From: Gaiellales bacterium
GTDB lineage: Bacteria; Actinomycetota; Thermoleophilia; Gaiellales; Gaiellaceae
Reading direction: 5' to 3'
NCBI GenBank assembly: GCA_038216845.1
Contig: JBBQPW010000001.1
Location: forward strand, 1-41,013
Length of the DNA: 41,013 nucleotides
Shown here: one piece after another, positions 1 to 9,813 of the stretch
Numbering within the stretch: the stretch's first letter is position 1
Layout of the letters: every line of letters begins with the position of its first letter
Position numbers and translations under genes: made by a program
The notes under the pieces: generated by a model
Told to the model about the DNA's origin: nothing
Database searches by the model: none
Seen by the model: only the letters and a program-made list of their open reading frames with translations

Positions 1-881
1 TCGGGCGCAACATGTTCGAGCTCGGCGAATGCTCCCGCGACCGCCTCACGCAGCAGCTCTGCAGCCAGATCGTGGTCCGTGTGCGCCCCACCAACAGGCT
101 CCGGGACGATGCCGTCGATAACCTCCAACTCGAGGCAGTGAGCTGCGTCTGGCTTGAATGCCGCCGCCGCCTTCTGCGCCTGCGAAGCGTCACGCCACAG
201 GATCGAGGCGCACCCCTCCGGAGAGATCACGGAGTACATCGCGTTCTCCTGCATCAGCACCTTGTCGGCCAGGGCCAGCGCGACGGCACCGCCCGATCCG
301 CCCTCGCCGATCACGACCGCCACGGTAGGAACTCCCAGCCGCGCCATCGCGGCCTGTGAGCGAGCGATCGCACCGCCCTGCCCATGTTGCTCTGCGGCCA
401 CACCAGGGTAGGCACCGGGCGTGTCGACCAGCGTGAGCAGCGGGAAGCCGTGCCGATCGGCCATCTCCATCACACGCATCGCCTTGCGGTAGCCCTCGGG
501 GTAGGCCATCCCGAAGTTCCGAGCGACGCGCTCCTTGAGATCGCGTCCCTTCTGCTGGCCGACCAGAGCGACCGTCTTGCCGTCGAGCATGCCGAGGCCG
601 GCGACAATGGCTGAATCGTCGTCGCGACCGCGGTCGCCGTGTAGCTCGAAGAACTCCCCGAAGATCCGCTCGACGTAGTCGAGCGTGTACGGCCGGTCGT
701 CGTCGCGGGCAAGCAGAACGCGCTCCCAGACCTCCTCATCGGTCTCCTCGTCGGTGAGTCGATCGAGCTGTCGCTGCAGCCGCTCGAGCTCCGCCGACAG
801 CTTCGTCCCGCGGAGGAGCTTGATGCCAGCAAGCTTGCTGAGGCGCTCGCGGAGACCGGGCTCGGCGTCAGAGCTAGCCAC
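1..881 (-). CDS. accA: Acetyl-CoA carboxylase carboxyltransferase alpha subunit (C-terminus runs off the window start)
   Basis: Not in the ORF track. Manual translation from GTG at 881 gives ASSDAEPGLRERL..RPYTLDY..IGEGGSGGA..YSVISPEGCASILWRD..IDGIVPEP. Overlaps the accD stop. Confidence 0.93.
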   Translation of the reverse strand, partial: MASSDAEPGLRERLSKLAGIKLLRGTKLSAELERLQRQLDRLTDEETDEEVWERVLLARDDDRPYTLDYVERIFGEFFELHGDRGRDDDSAIVAGLGMLDGKTVALVGQQKGRDLKERVARNFGMAYPEGYRKAMRVMEMADRHGFPLLTLVDTPGAYPGVAAEQHGQGGAIARSQAAMARLGVPTVAVVIGEGGSGGAVALALADKVLMQENAMYSVISPEGCASILWRDASQAQKAAAAFKPDAAHCLELEVIDGIVPEPVGGAHTDHDLAAELLREAVAGAFAELEHVAP

Positions 882-1728
882 TGGAACCGAACAGCCGTAG
901 GAGGCGCGCGAGCGTCGGCCGCAGCTCGCTGCGCGGGACGATCGCGTCGATGTGCCCGAAGCGCAGGTTCTGCTCAGCGCGTCCGAAGTCCTCCGGCAGC
1001 TTCTCCTTCGTCGTCTGCTGCACGACACGCGGTCCTGCAAAGGACATCAGCGCTCCCGGCTCGGCCAGGATCACATCGCCAAGGCTCGCGAAGCTCGCGA
1101 GCAACCCGCCTGTCGTCGGATGGGTCATGACGGACAGCAACGCACAACCAGCGTCGTGCAGCTCGTCGACGGCGCACACGGTCTTCGGCAGCTGCATCAG
1201 CGCGAGGATCCCTTCTTGCATCCGCGCGCCACCCGACGCAGCGATCGACACGAGCGGGACGCCCGCGGCCGTGGCGCTCTCACACGCGAGCGCGAACTTC
1301 TCGCCTACGACACTCCCCATGGAGCCGCCCATGAAGGCGAAATCCATCACCGCGAGTCGGCAGCCCGAGCCTTCGATCCGTCCCGCGCCGATCACCATTG
1401 CGTCGCCCAAGCCGGTAGAGGTCTCCGCCTCGGCGAGACGCTCGACATACGGTCTGAGGTCGAAGAAGCCGAGCGGATCGGCCGACCGGAGATCGGCGCC
1501 CTCCTCGACGAATGACCCTGTGTCGAGCAACTGTCCGATCCGCTCCAAGGCCCGCACCGGGAAGTGGTGGCCACAGTGCGGACAGACGCGCAGATGCCGC
1601 ACGAGCTCGTCGTCGCGGTAATGCGAGCCGCAACCGGGGCAGGTGTTCGGATGGTCCTTGGGCGGTGGCTGGTCGACTACGACCCGCTTGTCCTCGATCG
1701 AGACATCGATGCCCTGGGGAGTCGACAC
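874..1728 (-). CDS. accD: Acetyl-CoA carboxylase carboxyltransferase beta subunit
   Basis: C4 zinc finger CPGC..CPHC, MDFAFMGGSMGSVVGEK, SGGARMQEG, FAGPRV. Confidence 0.96.
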   Translation of the reverse strand: MSTPQGIDVSIEDKRVVVDQPPPKDHPNTCPGCGSHYRDDELVRHLRVCPHCGHHFPVRALERIGQLLDTGSFVEEGADLRSADPLGFFDLRPYVERLAEAETSTGLGDAMVIGAGRIEGSGCRLAVMDFAFMGGSMGSVVGEKFALACESATAAGVPLVSIAASGGARMQEGILALMQLPKTVCAVDELHDAGCALLSVMTHPTTGGLLASFASLGDVILAEPGALMSFAGPRVVQQTTKEKLPEDFGRAEQNLRFGHIDAIVPRSELRPTLARLLRLFGSSG

Positions 1729-1754
1729 CCCGCCATCTTAGAACTGTCGGCGTC

Positions 1755-2654
1755 CTAGAGCGTCCTCTCGAACGTGTCCTCGCGCTTGGCGACGTGCATG
1801 CCGGCTTGTTCGTACAGCTCGAGGGCGCCGGTCGTGCTCTCGGCGTCGACGCCGAGCCCGACCCGGTCGAAGCCACGGACACGGAGTTCCTCGAAGGCAT
1901 GCGTGAGCAGTGCCAGGGCAAGACCTCGTCGGCGCCACGGCGGCCGGACCCCGAGCACGTCGACCCAACCGAACGCCGGTTGCAGCGACTGGTGGGGCGC
2001 GCACAGGCAGACGCCTGCGATCTCGTCCCCGTCCCAGGCGATGAACTGGAGCGACGAGTCGACGAGCGAGGCTTCGACGTGTCTCCTCGCCCACTCGCCG
2101 TAGGGGCGCATCTCGAATCCCCAGTGATCGGCGAACGCGTCCATGCTCGCGTCGTACATTGCGCGCTCCTGACCATGCTCCCGGGAACGGATCTGAAAGC
2201 CGGGCGGGACGGCTGCTCGAGCCGTCCCGCCGTCGAGCATGACCAGCATCTCGAACGACGAACGGATCGCCTGGTACCCGCGCAACTCGAGCTCGGTCAC
2301 GTAGGACGTCTCCGCTCGATCGCTGTACGCGCGGCAGGTCGTCGCCCCACGTTCTACCGCCATCGCCTCGAGCGCATCGAGGAGCACCGCCGCCGACTTC
2401 GGATGGTCGGGGTGCTCCCGGACATCGAGATGCACGCGAAGACCGTCGGGTGCCACCGTCAGGTCCCCGTAGCACGCAAGCTCTCCGGCTTTCTCCGCGA
2501 CACGGATGTCGATCGCCGGGTCGACGAGCCAGTCGCGGACGGTGTCGGAGGTGATGTTCGGCTCGCCTCGCACGGCGATCGAGTGCGCGTTGACGAGCGC
2601 TGCGACGGCGGCGGCCTCGTCCTCGGAAGGTTCACGAATACGGAGTTCGGTCAC
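1755..2654 (-). CDS. Tandem-domain GNAT N-acetyltransferase
   Basis: Acetyl-CoA motif LGVRPPWRRRGLA and GALELYEQAGM. GTG at 2654 chosen because TACTGT lies 6 nt upstream. Confidence 0.8.
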   Translation of the reverse strand: MTELRIREPSEDEAAAVAALVNAHSIAVRGEPNITSDTVRDWLVDPAIDIRVAEKAGELACYGDLTVAPDGLRVHLDVREHPDHPKSAAVLLDALEAMAVERGATTCRAYSDRAETSYVTELELRGYQAIRSSFEMLVMLDGGTARAAVPPGFQIRSREHGQERAMYDASMDAFADHWGFEMRPYGEWARRHVEASLVDSSLQFIAWDGDEIAGVCLCAPHQSLQPAFGWVDVLGVRPPWRRRGLALALLTHAFEELRVRGFDRVGLGVDAESTTGALELYEQAGMHVAKREDTFERTL

Positions 2655-2694
2655 AGCAGGACAGTACCGAGGCCACCCGTACTCTTTCCGGGGA

Positions 2695-3192
2695 ATGGTC
2701 GAGATCGCCGCCATGGAAACCGCCGACTGGGAGCGGGTCGCGGCAATCTACGCAGAGGGGATAGCCACCGGCGTCGCCACGTTCGAGACCGAGACGCCGA
2801 CGTGGGCGGAATGGAACGCCACGCACCTCCCGTTCGGCCGACTCGTCGCGAGATCCAATCAGGAGATCGCAGGTTGGGCCGCTCTGGCGCCAATCTCGCG
2901 CCGGGCGTGTTACCGCGGAGTGGCGGAGGTCAGCGTCTATGTTGCGTCAGACGCGCGCGGACAGGGAGTCGGCACCGCGTTGATGAGGCGGCTCGCCGAC
3001 GACGCGACGGCGGGCGGCATCTGGTCACTGCAGGCGACAGTTTTCCCGGAGAACGACGCGAGTCTCGCGCTTCACCAGCGGGTTGGCTTCCGTATTGTCG
3101 GCATCCGCCGACTCATCGCCCAACTTGGTGGCATCTGGCGTGACACGGTGCTGCTGGAACGCCGCGCACCTCCCCCAACCGCTCAGCCCTAA
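2695..3192 (+). CDS. GNAT of the phosphinothricin/methionine-sulfoximine acetyltransferase (Pat/YncA) family
   Basis: IYAEGIATGVATFET, EVSVYVASDARGQGVG, ENDASLALHQRVGF, GIWRDTVLLE. Confidence 0.88.
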   Translation: MVEIAAMETADWERVAAIYAEGIATGVATFETETPTWAEWNATHLPFGRLVARSNQEIAGWAALAPISRRACYRGVAEVSVYVASDARGQGVGTALMRRLADDATAGGIWSLQATVFPENDASLALHQRVGFRIVGIRRLIAQLGGIWRDTVLLERRAPPPTAQP

Positions 3193-3200
3193 CAGAATCG

Positions 3201-4466
3201 CTAGTCGCGCCAGCGGCGCAGGACGACGCACGCGTTGTGGCCGCCGAAGCCGAACGAGTTGGAGACGGCAACCTCGATCTCCTGCTGCCGAGCGACGTTC
3301 GGGATGTAGTCGAGGTGGCACGACGGATCCGCGACCTCTTGGTTGATCGTCGGCGGCAGCACGCCGCGCTGCAGCGCGAGGATCGTGAAGCTCGCCTCCA
3401 CCGCGCCAGCCGCACCCAGGCAGTGCCCGGTCGCACCCTTCGTCGACGAGATCGGCGTGCGGTACGCCTTGTCCTCGCCGAGAGCAAGCTTGAGCACACG
3501 CGTCTCGGCGGTGTCGCCGACAGGCGTCGACGTGCCATGGGCGTTCACGTACCCGATGTCCTCCGGCTCGACGCCCGCATCGTCGAATGCCATCCGCATC
3601 GCACGGGCCGGGCTCTCGCCGGTCGGATCCGGATCCGAGACGTGTTGCGCGTCGGAGGAGGTGCCGTACCCGAGCAGCTCGGCGTAGATCTTCGCACCGC
3701 GCGTCTTCGCATGGCCGAGCTCCTCGAGCACGATCATTGCGGCGGCCTCGCCCATCACAAAGCCGTCGCGCTCCAAGTCGAATGGTCGTGACCCTCGCTT
3801 TGGATCGTCGTTGCGACGGGAGATCGCCCGCATCGCACCGAACCCCGCGATGCCCACGCGTGAGACCGGCGACTCGGTGCCGCCGCAGATCATCACGTCC
3901 GCACGCCCCAGCCTGATCGCGTCGAGCCCGTCGCCGAGCGCCATGTTCGACGCCGCGCACGCTGTGCACTCGGACAGCAGCGGCCCTTTCGTCCCGAGCT
4001 CGATCGAGACCCAGCCGGCAGCGAGGTTCGGGATGATCTGGACAATCGAAAACGGATTCACGCGATCCGCGCCGCGCGTGTCGAGTGTCTGGACACAGGT
4101 CTCGAACGACTTCAGGCCGCCGATGCCGGTCGCGACCGCCGCACCGACGCGATCCGGCTCCGCAGCGATCTCGAGCCCGCTGTCCGCCTCGGCCATGCGC
4201 GCCGCGGCGATCGCCAGATGTGTGAACCGGTCCTGGCGCCGCGTTGCCTTGTAGTCGATCCAGGCCGTCGGATCGAAGTCCTTGACCTCGCACGCGAACG
4301 TCGAGTGGAAGCCCGTGCAGTCGAACTGCGTGATCGGCCCCGCGCCCGACTCTCCCGCGATGAGGGCGGTCCACGTCGACTCGATGTCGTTGCCGAGCGG
4401 CGTGACGGCCCCGATTCCCGTGATAACGACTCGGCGCCTGTCGATGTAAGGATTCGCAGTGCTCAC
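3201..4466 (-). CDS. fabF: 3-oxoacyl-ACP synthase II
   Basis: RRVVITGIG, catalytic Cys in TACAAS, NAHGTST, GHCLGAAG, NSFGFGGHN. Confidence 0.97.
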   Translation of the reverse strand: MSTANPYIDRRRVVITGIGAVTPLGNDIESTWTALIAGESGAGPITQFDCTGFHSTFACEVKDFDPTAWIDYKATRRQDRFTHLAIAAARMAEADSGLEIAAEPDRVGAAVATGIGGLKSFETCVQTLDTRGADRVNPFSIVQIIPNLAAGWVSIELGTKGPLLSECTACAASNMALGDGLDAIRLGRADVMICGGTESPVSRVGIAGFGAMRAISRRNDDPKRGSRPFDLERDGFVMGEAAAMIVLEELGHAKTRGAKIYAELLGYGTSSDAQHVSDPDPTGESPARAMRMAFDDAGVEPEDIGYVNAHGTSTPVGDTAETRVLKLALGEDKAYRTPISSTKGATGHCLGAAGAVEASFTILALQRGVLPPTINQEVADPSCHLDYIPNVARQQEIEVAVSNSFGFGGHNACVVLRRWRD

Positions 4467-5188
4467 ATTCCTAGCCCGCCGTCGACGAGCAACACTTCGC
4501 CCGTGATGAACGAGGCCGCGTCGGAGCAGAGGAACCGCACCGCTCCGGCGACGTCCTCCGGATCGCCAAGCCGCCCGAGCGGAGTCGCCGCGAGCATGGC
4601 GGTCTTGGCCTCGTCCGGCAGCACATCTGTGAGCTGGGTCGAGACGTACCCTGGTGCGACGACATTGGCGCGCACGCCGCGGCTGCCGAGCTCCCGAGCG
4701 AGCGACTTCGTGAAACCGATGATCCCGGCCTTCGCGGCCGCGTAGTTCGTCTGCCCGGGGTTGCCATGGACGCCGACGATCGACGAGATGTTCACGATCG
4801 CCCCGCCCCGTTTCTTCATCATCGGTCTCGCGACCGCGCGGCAGGTGTAGAACATCGCCGAGAGGTTCGTCTCGATCACGTCGCGCCAGTCCTCGTTCGG
4901 CATGCGCGCGAGCAGCCCGTCCCGAGTGATCCCCGCATTGTTGACGAGGATGTCGAGATCGCCCGCCTCCTCGACGAGCGCCTTCGCCGCTTCTGGATCG
5001 GCGACGTCAGCTTGGATCGCCCGTCCCCCGACCTCCGCCGCGACCGCGTCTGCCTCGGCCCGGCCACCTCTGTAGCCGACGACGACCGAGGCTCCTGCGC
5101 GGCCGAGCTCGAGCGCGATGGCCCGGCCAATCCCTCGCGATCCGCCTGTGACGAGCGCGGTCTTGCCTTCGAGCGACGCGAAGCTCAC
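4463..5188 (-). CDS. fabG: 3-oxoacyl-ACP reductase
   Basis: TGGSRGIG, NNAGITRD, YAAAK. GTG start overlaps the fabD stop. Confidence 0.96.
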   Translation of the reverse strand: MSFASLEGKTALVTGGSRGIGRAIALELGRAGASVVVGYRGGRAEADAVAAEVGGRAIQADVADPEAAKALVEEAGDLDILVNNAGITRDGLLARMPNEDWRDVIETNLSAMFYTCRAVARPMMKKRGGAIVNISSIVGVHGNPGQTNYAAAKAGIIGFTKSLARELGSRGVRANVVAPGYVSTQLTDVLPDEAKTAMLAATPLGRLGDPEDVAGAVRFLCSDAASFITGEVLLVDGGLGM

Positions 5189-6120
5189 GAGCTGAGCGAC
5201 TCCTGCACCTCGTCGAGGCTTGCGAGGTCGTTGATCGAGAAGGCGCGCACCGACCGGTCGATCCGCTTGATCAAACCGGAAAGAACCGTTCCCGGGCCGA
5301 CCTCGACGAACGTCGTGACCCCGTCGCGAATGAGGGCATGGGCGGCCTGCGTGAACTTCACAGGCGCTGTCAGCTGGTCGATCAGCAACGACGCGAGCCG
5401 CTGCGCCGGCTCGACGCGAGCCGTCACGGTCGACATGAATGGGGCAATCGGCTCGGCGAAGCGGATCTTCTCGACCGCGGGCCGCAGCCGACGCGCCGCG
5501 CCGGCGACGAGTGGGCTGTGGAACGCACCTGAGACCTTCAGCTTGATCGCTCGTCGGGCGCCGAGGCTTTCGGCCTCGGCGCAGCACTCCTCAACTGCGT
5601 CGTCCTCACCGGAGATGACGATCTGCCCAGGGCAGTTGTAGTTCGCGGGCCACACCCCGAGGATCTTGCGGCAGAGCGTCTCGACGGCCTCGTCTTCGAG
5701 CCCGAGGATCGCCGCCATCGACCCGGGGTGCTGACGAGCCGCCTCGGCCATCGCCAGCCCGCGCTCGCGCACGAGCCCGATCGCTTCACCTGTCCCTAGC
5801 GCGCCGACTGATGCCAGCGCCGCGAACTCGCCCACCGAGTGGCCGACCACGATGTCCGGCTCGATGCCGCGCTCGCGCACCGCGGCGAGGATCGCCAGGC
5901 TCGTCGCCACCAGAGCCGGCTGCTGGATGTCCGTGCCGACGACCTCCTCGAGTGGCGCGTCGAAGCACAGGTAGGCGAGGTCGAGACCCGACGCCTCGCT
6001 TCCCACTTTGTAGACGTCCATCGCACTCGGTACCGCCTCGGCGACATCGCGCCCCATCCCCACGGCGACCGAACCCTGCCCGGGGAAGCAGAAAGCGATC
6101 TTGTTCGCACCGTTGCTCAT
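5185..6120 (-). CDS. fabD: Malonyl-CoA:ACP transacylase
   Basis: FPGQGS, GHSVGE, VSGAFHS, EVGPG. ATG overlaps the fabH stop. Confidence 0.96.
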   Translation of the reverse strand: MSNGANKIAFCFPGQGSVAVGMGRDVAEAVPSAMDVYKVGSEASGLDLAYLCFDAPLEEVVGTDIQQPALVATSLAILAAVRERGIEPDIVVGHSVGEFAALASVGALGTGEAIGLVRERGLAMAEAARQHPGSMAAILGLEDEAVETLCRKILGVWPANYNCPGQIVISGEDDAVEECCAEAESLGARRAIKLKVSGAFHSPLVAGAARRLRPAVEKIRFAEPIAPFMSTVTARVEPAQRLASLLIDQLTAPVKFTQAAHALIRDGVTTFVEVGPGTVLSGLIKRIDRSVRAFSINDLASLDEVQESLSS

Positions 6121-7106
6121 CGGGCTCCTTCCGTCCATTGGATGAGCGCCGATCCCCATGTGAGGCCTGCTCCCATACCTGTCATCAGCACCAACTTCCC
6201 GTCGCTCAGCCTGCCGTCGGCACGCGCTTCCGCAAGCGCAAGCGGAATCGAGCCCGACGATGTGTTGCCGTATTTCTGCACGTTGACCACAGTCCTGTCC
6301 GGGTCGATGCCGAGCTTATCGACCGCGTGGTCGATTATTCTCTTGTTCGCCTGGTGCGGAACGTAGACGTCGACGTCTTCGACAGTCTTTCCGCACTGCC
6401 CGAGGATCGACTGCGCCGACGACACCATCACGCGGGTCGCGAACCTAAAGACCTCACGACCATTCATCGTCAACAAGCCCGGCTCGTCGAAGTGCCGCGA
6501 TCCACTGCCAGGGTAGAAGAGGTGCTTGCCGCCCGCACCGTCGGCGCCGAGCTCGAATCCGAGGAAGCCTCCCCGCTCGACCCGCTCCATCACAACGGCA
6601 CCAGCACCGTCGCCGAACAGGACGACTGTCGAGCGATCGGTCCAGTCGAGAAGCTTCGAGAGCAGATCGCCACCGACGACGAGCACGCGGTCCGCCATCC
6701 CGCTCGCGATCAGCCCGTAGGCCTGCGCGATCGCGTACATGAAGCCAGTGCAACCGGCGAGCAGGTCATACGCTCCGGCCGAAGTTGCACCAAGCTCGTC
6801 CGCCAGAATCGCCGACGTGGTCGGAAACATCATGTCGGGTGTCACCGTCGCGACAATCAGCACGTCGATGTCGGAGCCTTCGACGCCCGCATTTGCCAGT
6901 GCTGCTCGCGCGGCTGGGAGCGCGATGTCCGAAAGCGCCTCCTCCTCCGTGGCGATGCGACGCTCGCGGATGCCGGTTCTTTCAACGATCCACTCGTCGG
7001 TGGTATCGACGAGCTTCGCAAGGTCGTCGTTGGTCATGACCTGGTCGGGAACGCACGTACCGAGACCCGTGATTCCGACGGGCGGGCCGGTTGTCGCCGC
7101 GATCAC
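6117..7106 (-). CDS. fabH: 3-oxoacyl-ACP synthase III
   Basis: WIVERTGIRERR, AGCTGF, HQAN, GNTSSGS, GAGLTWG. Confidence 0.97.
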   Translation of the reverse strand: MIAATTGPPVGITGLGTCVPDQVMTNDDLAKLVDTTDEWIVERTGIRERRIATEEEALSDIALPAARAALANAGVEGSDIDVLIVATVTPDMMFPTTSAILADELGATSAGAYDLLAGCTGFMYAIAQAYGLIASGMADRVLVVGGDLLSKLLDWTDRSTVVLFGDGAGAVVMERVERGGFLGFELGADGAGGKHLFYPGSGSRHFDEPGLLTMNGREVFRFATRVMVSSAQSILGQCGKTVEDVDVYVPHQANKRIIDHAVDKLGIDPDRTVVNVQKYGNTSSGSIPLALAEARADGRLSDGKLVLMTGMGAGLTWGSALIQWTEGAR

Positions 7107-7543
7107 CGTTCCACCGCAAAGGTGAGGGTGCCACGCGCGGCGAGCGCGTCACCGACGTGGGCGGTTGCCTTCCCGCGCCCGATCGGGCCACGCATCTCGG
7201 CGATCTCGCACGTAAGCGTCAACACATCTCCGGGCTCGACGACCCGCTTGAAGCGGCAGTCGTCGATCCCCGCAAAGAAGGCGATCTTGCCGCGATTCGC
7301 CTCCTCGAAAAGAACGGCGATCGCGCCGGTCTGGGCCATGGCCTCGACGATCAGGACGCCGGGCATCACAGGCCGTCCCGGAAAGTGGCCGGCGAACCAG
7401 GGATCCTCGGCACGCACGGCGCGGCGGGCCACAACGCGCTTGCCCGGGTCGAGCTCGATGACCTCGTCGATCAGCAGAAACGGGTCGCGATGCGGCAGGA
7501 TCTCCTCGATCTGCTCGCGACCGAAGGGTACGTCGAAGCTCAC
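7103..7543 (-). CDS. fabZ: 3-hydroxyacyl-ACP dehydratase
   Basis: LPHRDPFLLID, FAGHFPGRPVMPGVLIVEAMAQ. Confidence 0.96.
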   Translation of the reverse strand: MSFDVPFGREQIEEILPHRDPFLLIDEVIELDPGKRVVARRAVRAEDPWFAGHFPGRPVMPGVLIVEAMAQTGAIAVLFEEANRGKIAFFAGIDDCRFKRVVEPGDVLTLTCEIAEMRGPIGRGKATAHVGDALAARGTLTFAVER

Positions 7544-7574
7544 GTGGCGAGTTTACTGGGAGGGCTCGAATGCT

Positions 7575-9710
7575 CTAGGGTCTGGCCACGGGACGGCTGA
7601 CGTTCCCCGCGTTGTCCCAGGCGACGACCCGGACATGCGACGCCGGGCCGTGCCAGCGGACGCGCACGATGCCCGGCACGCGCACGACCTGCTCGAGTGG
7701 CGTCCCGTCGACCCTGAGGGTGAGGGTTGCCGGTTTGCTCACCCACACGCGGAGTGGGCGACCCTGCAGGATGCGGACGACCGGAGCGTGGGTATCCGAG
7801 GCGAACGGCAGCGATACTGCGCTTGTCGCCACCGCGTCGGTGACTTCGACGAGCGCTGTGTAGGAACCGTCGAGCAGCTTGCCCACGCGCTTCGCTCCGT
7901 TCCAACGAACGACCCGGCGACCGGCCGCAAGCTCGCCCGAGAACGGCGTGGCGACCCAGGCTCCACCGCGGAGGACGCGCACCCGAACCCGTGCCGCTGC
8001 CGCGAGCTCGAACCGCACCGTGAGCAAGTCGTTTCGCCCGTCGCCGTTCGGCGAGAAGATCGCGGGTGCGACGGTGGCGGCGCCGAGAGCGCGTGTCACG
8101 AGCACGTCGACGGTCGCGGTGACGAGCTTCCCAGTCGAGCCCGTGGCCTCGATGCGGATGCCGTAGCGGCCGTCCGAAAGGCTTGCGCCATCGAACGTCA
8201 CGGTGTTGATGCCTGCCGGCTCGGACGTTGCCTCCTGCAGCACGGCGACGGGCGAGTTCCCCGAGTCGACGACCGAAACCGCAACGAGCGCCCGGGCGGT
8301 CGTGGTGTAGGTCACCGTGGTGCTGTCGGCGACGCCATCACCGTTCGGCGAGATCGTCTCCGGATCAGCCGCCGCCCCAGTGATCGAGAGCGCCGGAACC
8401 CCTACGACGGCCGAGCCGAGCGAGCCGCTCGCGGGAGTGGCTCCCGCTGCCGCGATCTGCCAGCGGTACGAGCCCGCAGGGGCTGCAGTCGCATCCCAGG
8501 TCCAGTCGATACTCGTTCCCGTTCCCGCCCCACTCGCGACCTGCAGGCCGGCTGCATCGGTTACGGCCACCGTCCACGCTCGCGCGGCCGAAAGACGCGC
8601 CCGGAAACGTACCGGCCCGCCGTTCTGCCCGGAGACGGTCGGCGCATAGATCTTCGGCACGCCGATCGACGCAGCGCGCGTCGCAATCGGGTCGAGCAGC
8701 GCATAGAGGGCGTTGCCGGGGCATTCCGTAAGCCCGGTGTCGCGATGCCCGGAAACAGCCCGCAGGAACACGGGAATACCGGCCGGGAACCGCTCGCTAC
8801 CGCCCGAGACGACGGTCAGTGTCGAGATCGGATCGACGTGAGCGATGTCCAGCCGCCAGGCGAGAATCTTCGCGAGCGCATCCTGAGCTGCGGTCGAAGG
8901 GGCCGCTGCGCCGTACGTCCCGAGGACCGCGATCCCGACTGAGCCGGTGTTGAACCCGAGCGCATGCGCCCCGACGACATTCCTATCGATTCCGCCCGCA
9001 CGGCCTTCGTAGACCGTGCCGAACCTGTCGACGAACAGGTTGTAGCCGATGTCGTTCCAGCCGTTGGCCTGTACGTGGTACAGCTCGATTCCACGCACGA
9101 CAGCCGGTGCGTCGGCCTGTGAGTACGTGTTCGAGCCGGCCGTGTGATGGACGATCGCGAAGCGGATCGCGTCCGCATATTGCGGCGGTGAGCGAACGAT
9201 CGACTCGTCTGCGCCCCAGCCCGCCCGCGAGACGATGGCCGGTTGTCCCGCGGCAGCGAGCGTGCGGGTAGGGATCGCCTCGCTCGGGCTGCGCACGAAA
9301 TACGCCCGGACGCGTCCTACGTCTCCGTGGAGCCGGTACTCGATGCGGTCGGACGCTCCCGTCCACCACGGGTTGCCGAGACGCCAGCCGCCTGCGCGTC
9401 GCGTCTCTGTGGAGCCGGCGTTCGGCAGGTCCTCCGCTTCCGGGGCCGCGCCGTGCCATGCGCTCCAGCGGCCGGTCACCGCACGCGTTCGGAAGGACAC
9501 CGTGCCGCGTCCTTGCCAGTGCAGGCCGACGAGGTCGAACGGCTGCGCTGAGCCCGCCGCCGCAAGCATCCGCTCTCCACGCGTTGAATTGGGGTGGAGC
9601 GGTACATCGACAACCGACAGCGTCGCCTCGGTCGGCGTCGCAGGCGCGGGCGACACGACGACAACAGCCACGACCAGGGCGGCGAGAGCGAGAGCGGGAG
9701 AGGGTTTCAC
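7575..9710 (-). CDS. Secreted Amidase_2/PGRP-like N-acetylmuramoyl-L-alanine amidase with C-terminal Ig-like (FlgD_ig-type) modules
   Basis: Signal peptide. SRAGWGADES, HHTAG, WNDIGYN, GAHA, GHRD..TECPG. Two SPNGDG-containing beta modules. Confidence 0.88.
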   Translation of the reverse strand: MKPSPALALAALVVAVVVVSPAPATPTEATLSVVDVPLHPNSTRGERMLAAAGSAQPFDLVGLHWQGRGTVSFRTRAVTGRWSAWHGAAPEAEDLPNAGSTETRRAGGWRLGNPWWTGASDRIEYRLHGDVGRVRAYFVRSPSEAIPTRTLAAAGQPAIVSRAGWGADESIVRSPPQYADAIRFAIVHHTAGSNTYSQADAPAVVRGIELYHVQANGWNDIGYNLFVDRFGTVYEGRAGGIDRNVVGAHALGFNTGSVGIAVLGTYGAAAPSTAAQDALAKILAWRLDIAHVDPISTLTVVSGGSERFPAGIPVFLRAVSGHRDTGLTECPGNALYALLDPIATRAASIGVPKIYAPTVSGQNGGPVRFRARLSAARAWTVAVTDAAGLQVASGAGTGTSIDWTWDATAAPAGSYRWQIAAAGATPASGSLGSAVVGVPALSITGAAADPETISPNGDGVADSTTVTYTTTARALVAVSVVDSGNSPVAVLQEATSEPAGINTVTFDGASLSDGRYGIRIEATGSTGKLVTATVDVLVTRALGAATVAPAIFSPNGDGRNDLLTVRFELAAAARVRVRVLRGGAWVATPFSGELAAGRRVVRWNGAKRVGKLLDGSYTALVEVTDAVATSAVSLPFASDTHAPVVRILQGRPLRVWVSKPATLTLRVDGTPLEQVVRVPGIVRVRWHGPASHVRVVAWDNAGNVSRPVARP

Positions 9711-9780
9711 GGCAGCGTCATTGTGCGAGTGTGCTCCAGGGTGGCCCTCTGAGGCTTCGGCGACAAGCCGTTTCGTCCTT

Positions 9781-9813
9781 GCTTGACCGAATCCTTACCC
9801 AGTCTTGACCTCC
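9781..9813. promoter_or_regulatory. Three 11-bp-period direct repeats (CTTGACC/CCTTACC/CTTGACC), candidate transcription-factor site
   Basis: gcttgaccgaa tccttacccag tcttgacctcc in the amidase/nfeD divergent intergenic region. Confidence 0.45.

Noticed and set aside
1755-2654. Calling the tandem GNAT mshD
   Set aside because: The architecture is similar, but I see no specific residues or mycothiol context to support the symbol.
5811-8942. 1043-aa plus-strand ORF
   Set aside because: Antisense shadow of fabD/fabH/fabZ/amidase. Arg/Pro/Ala-rich with no motifs, as expected in high-GC DNA.
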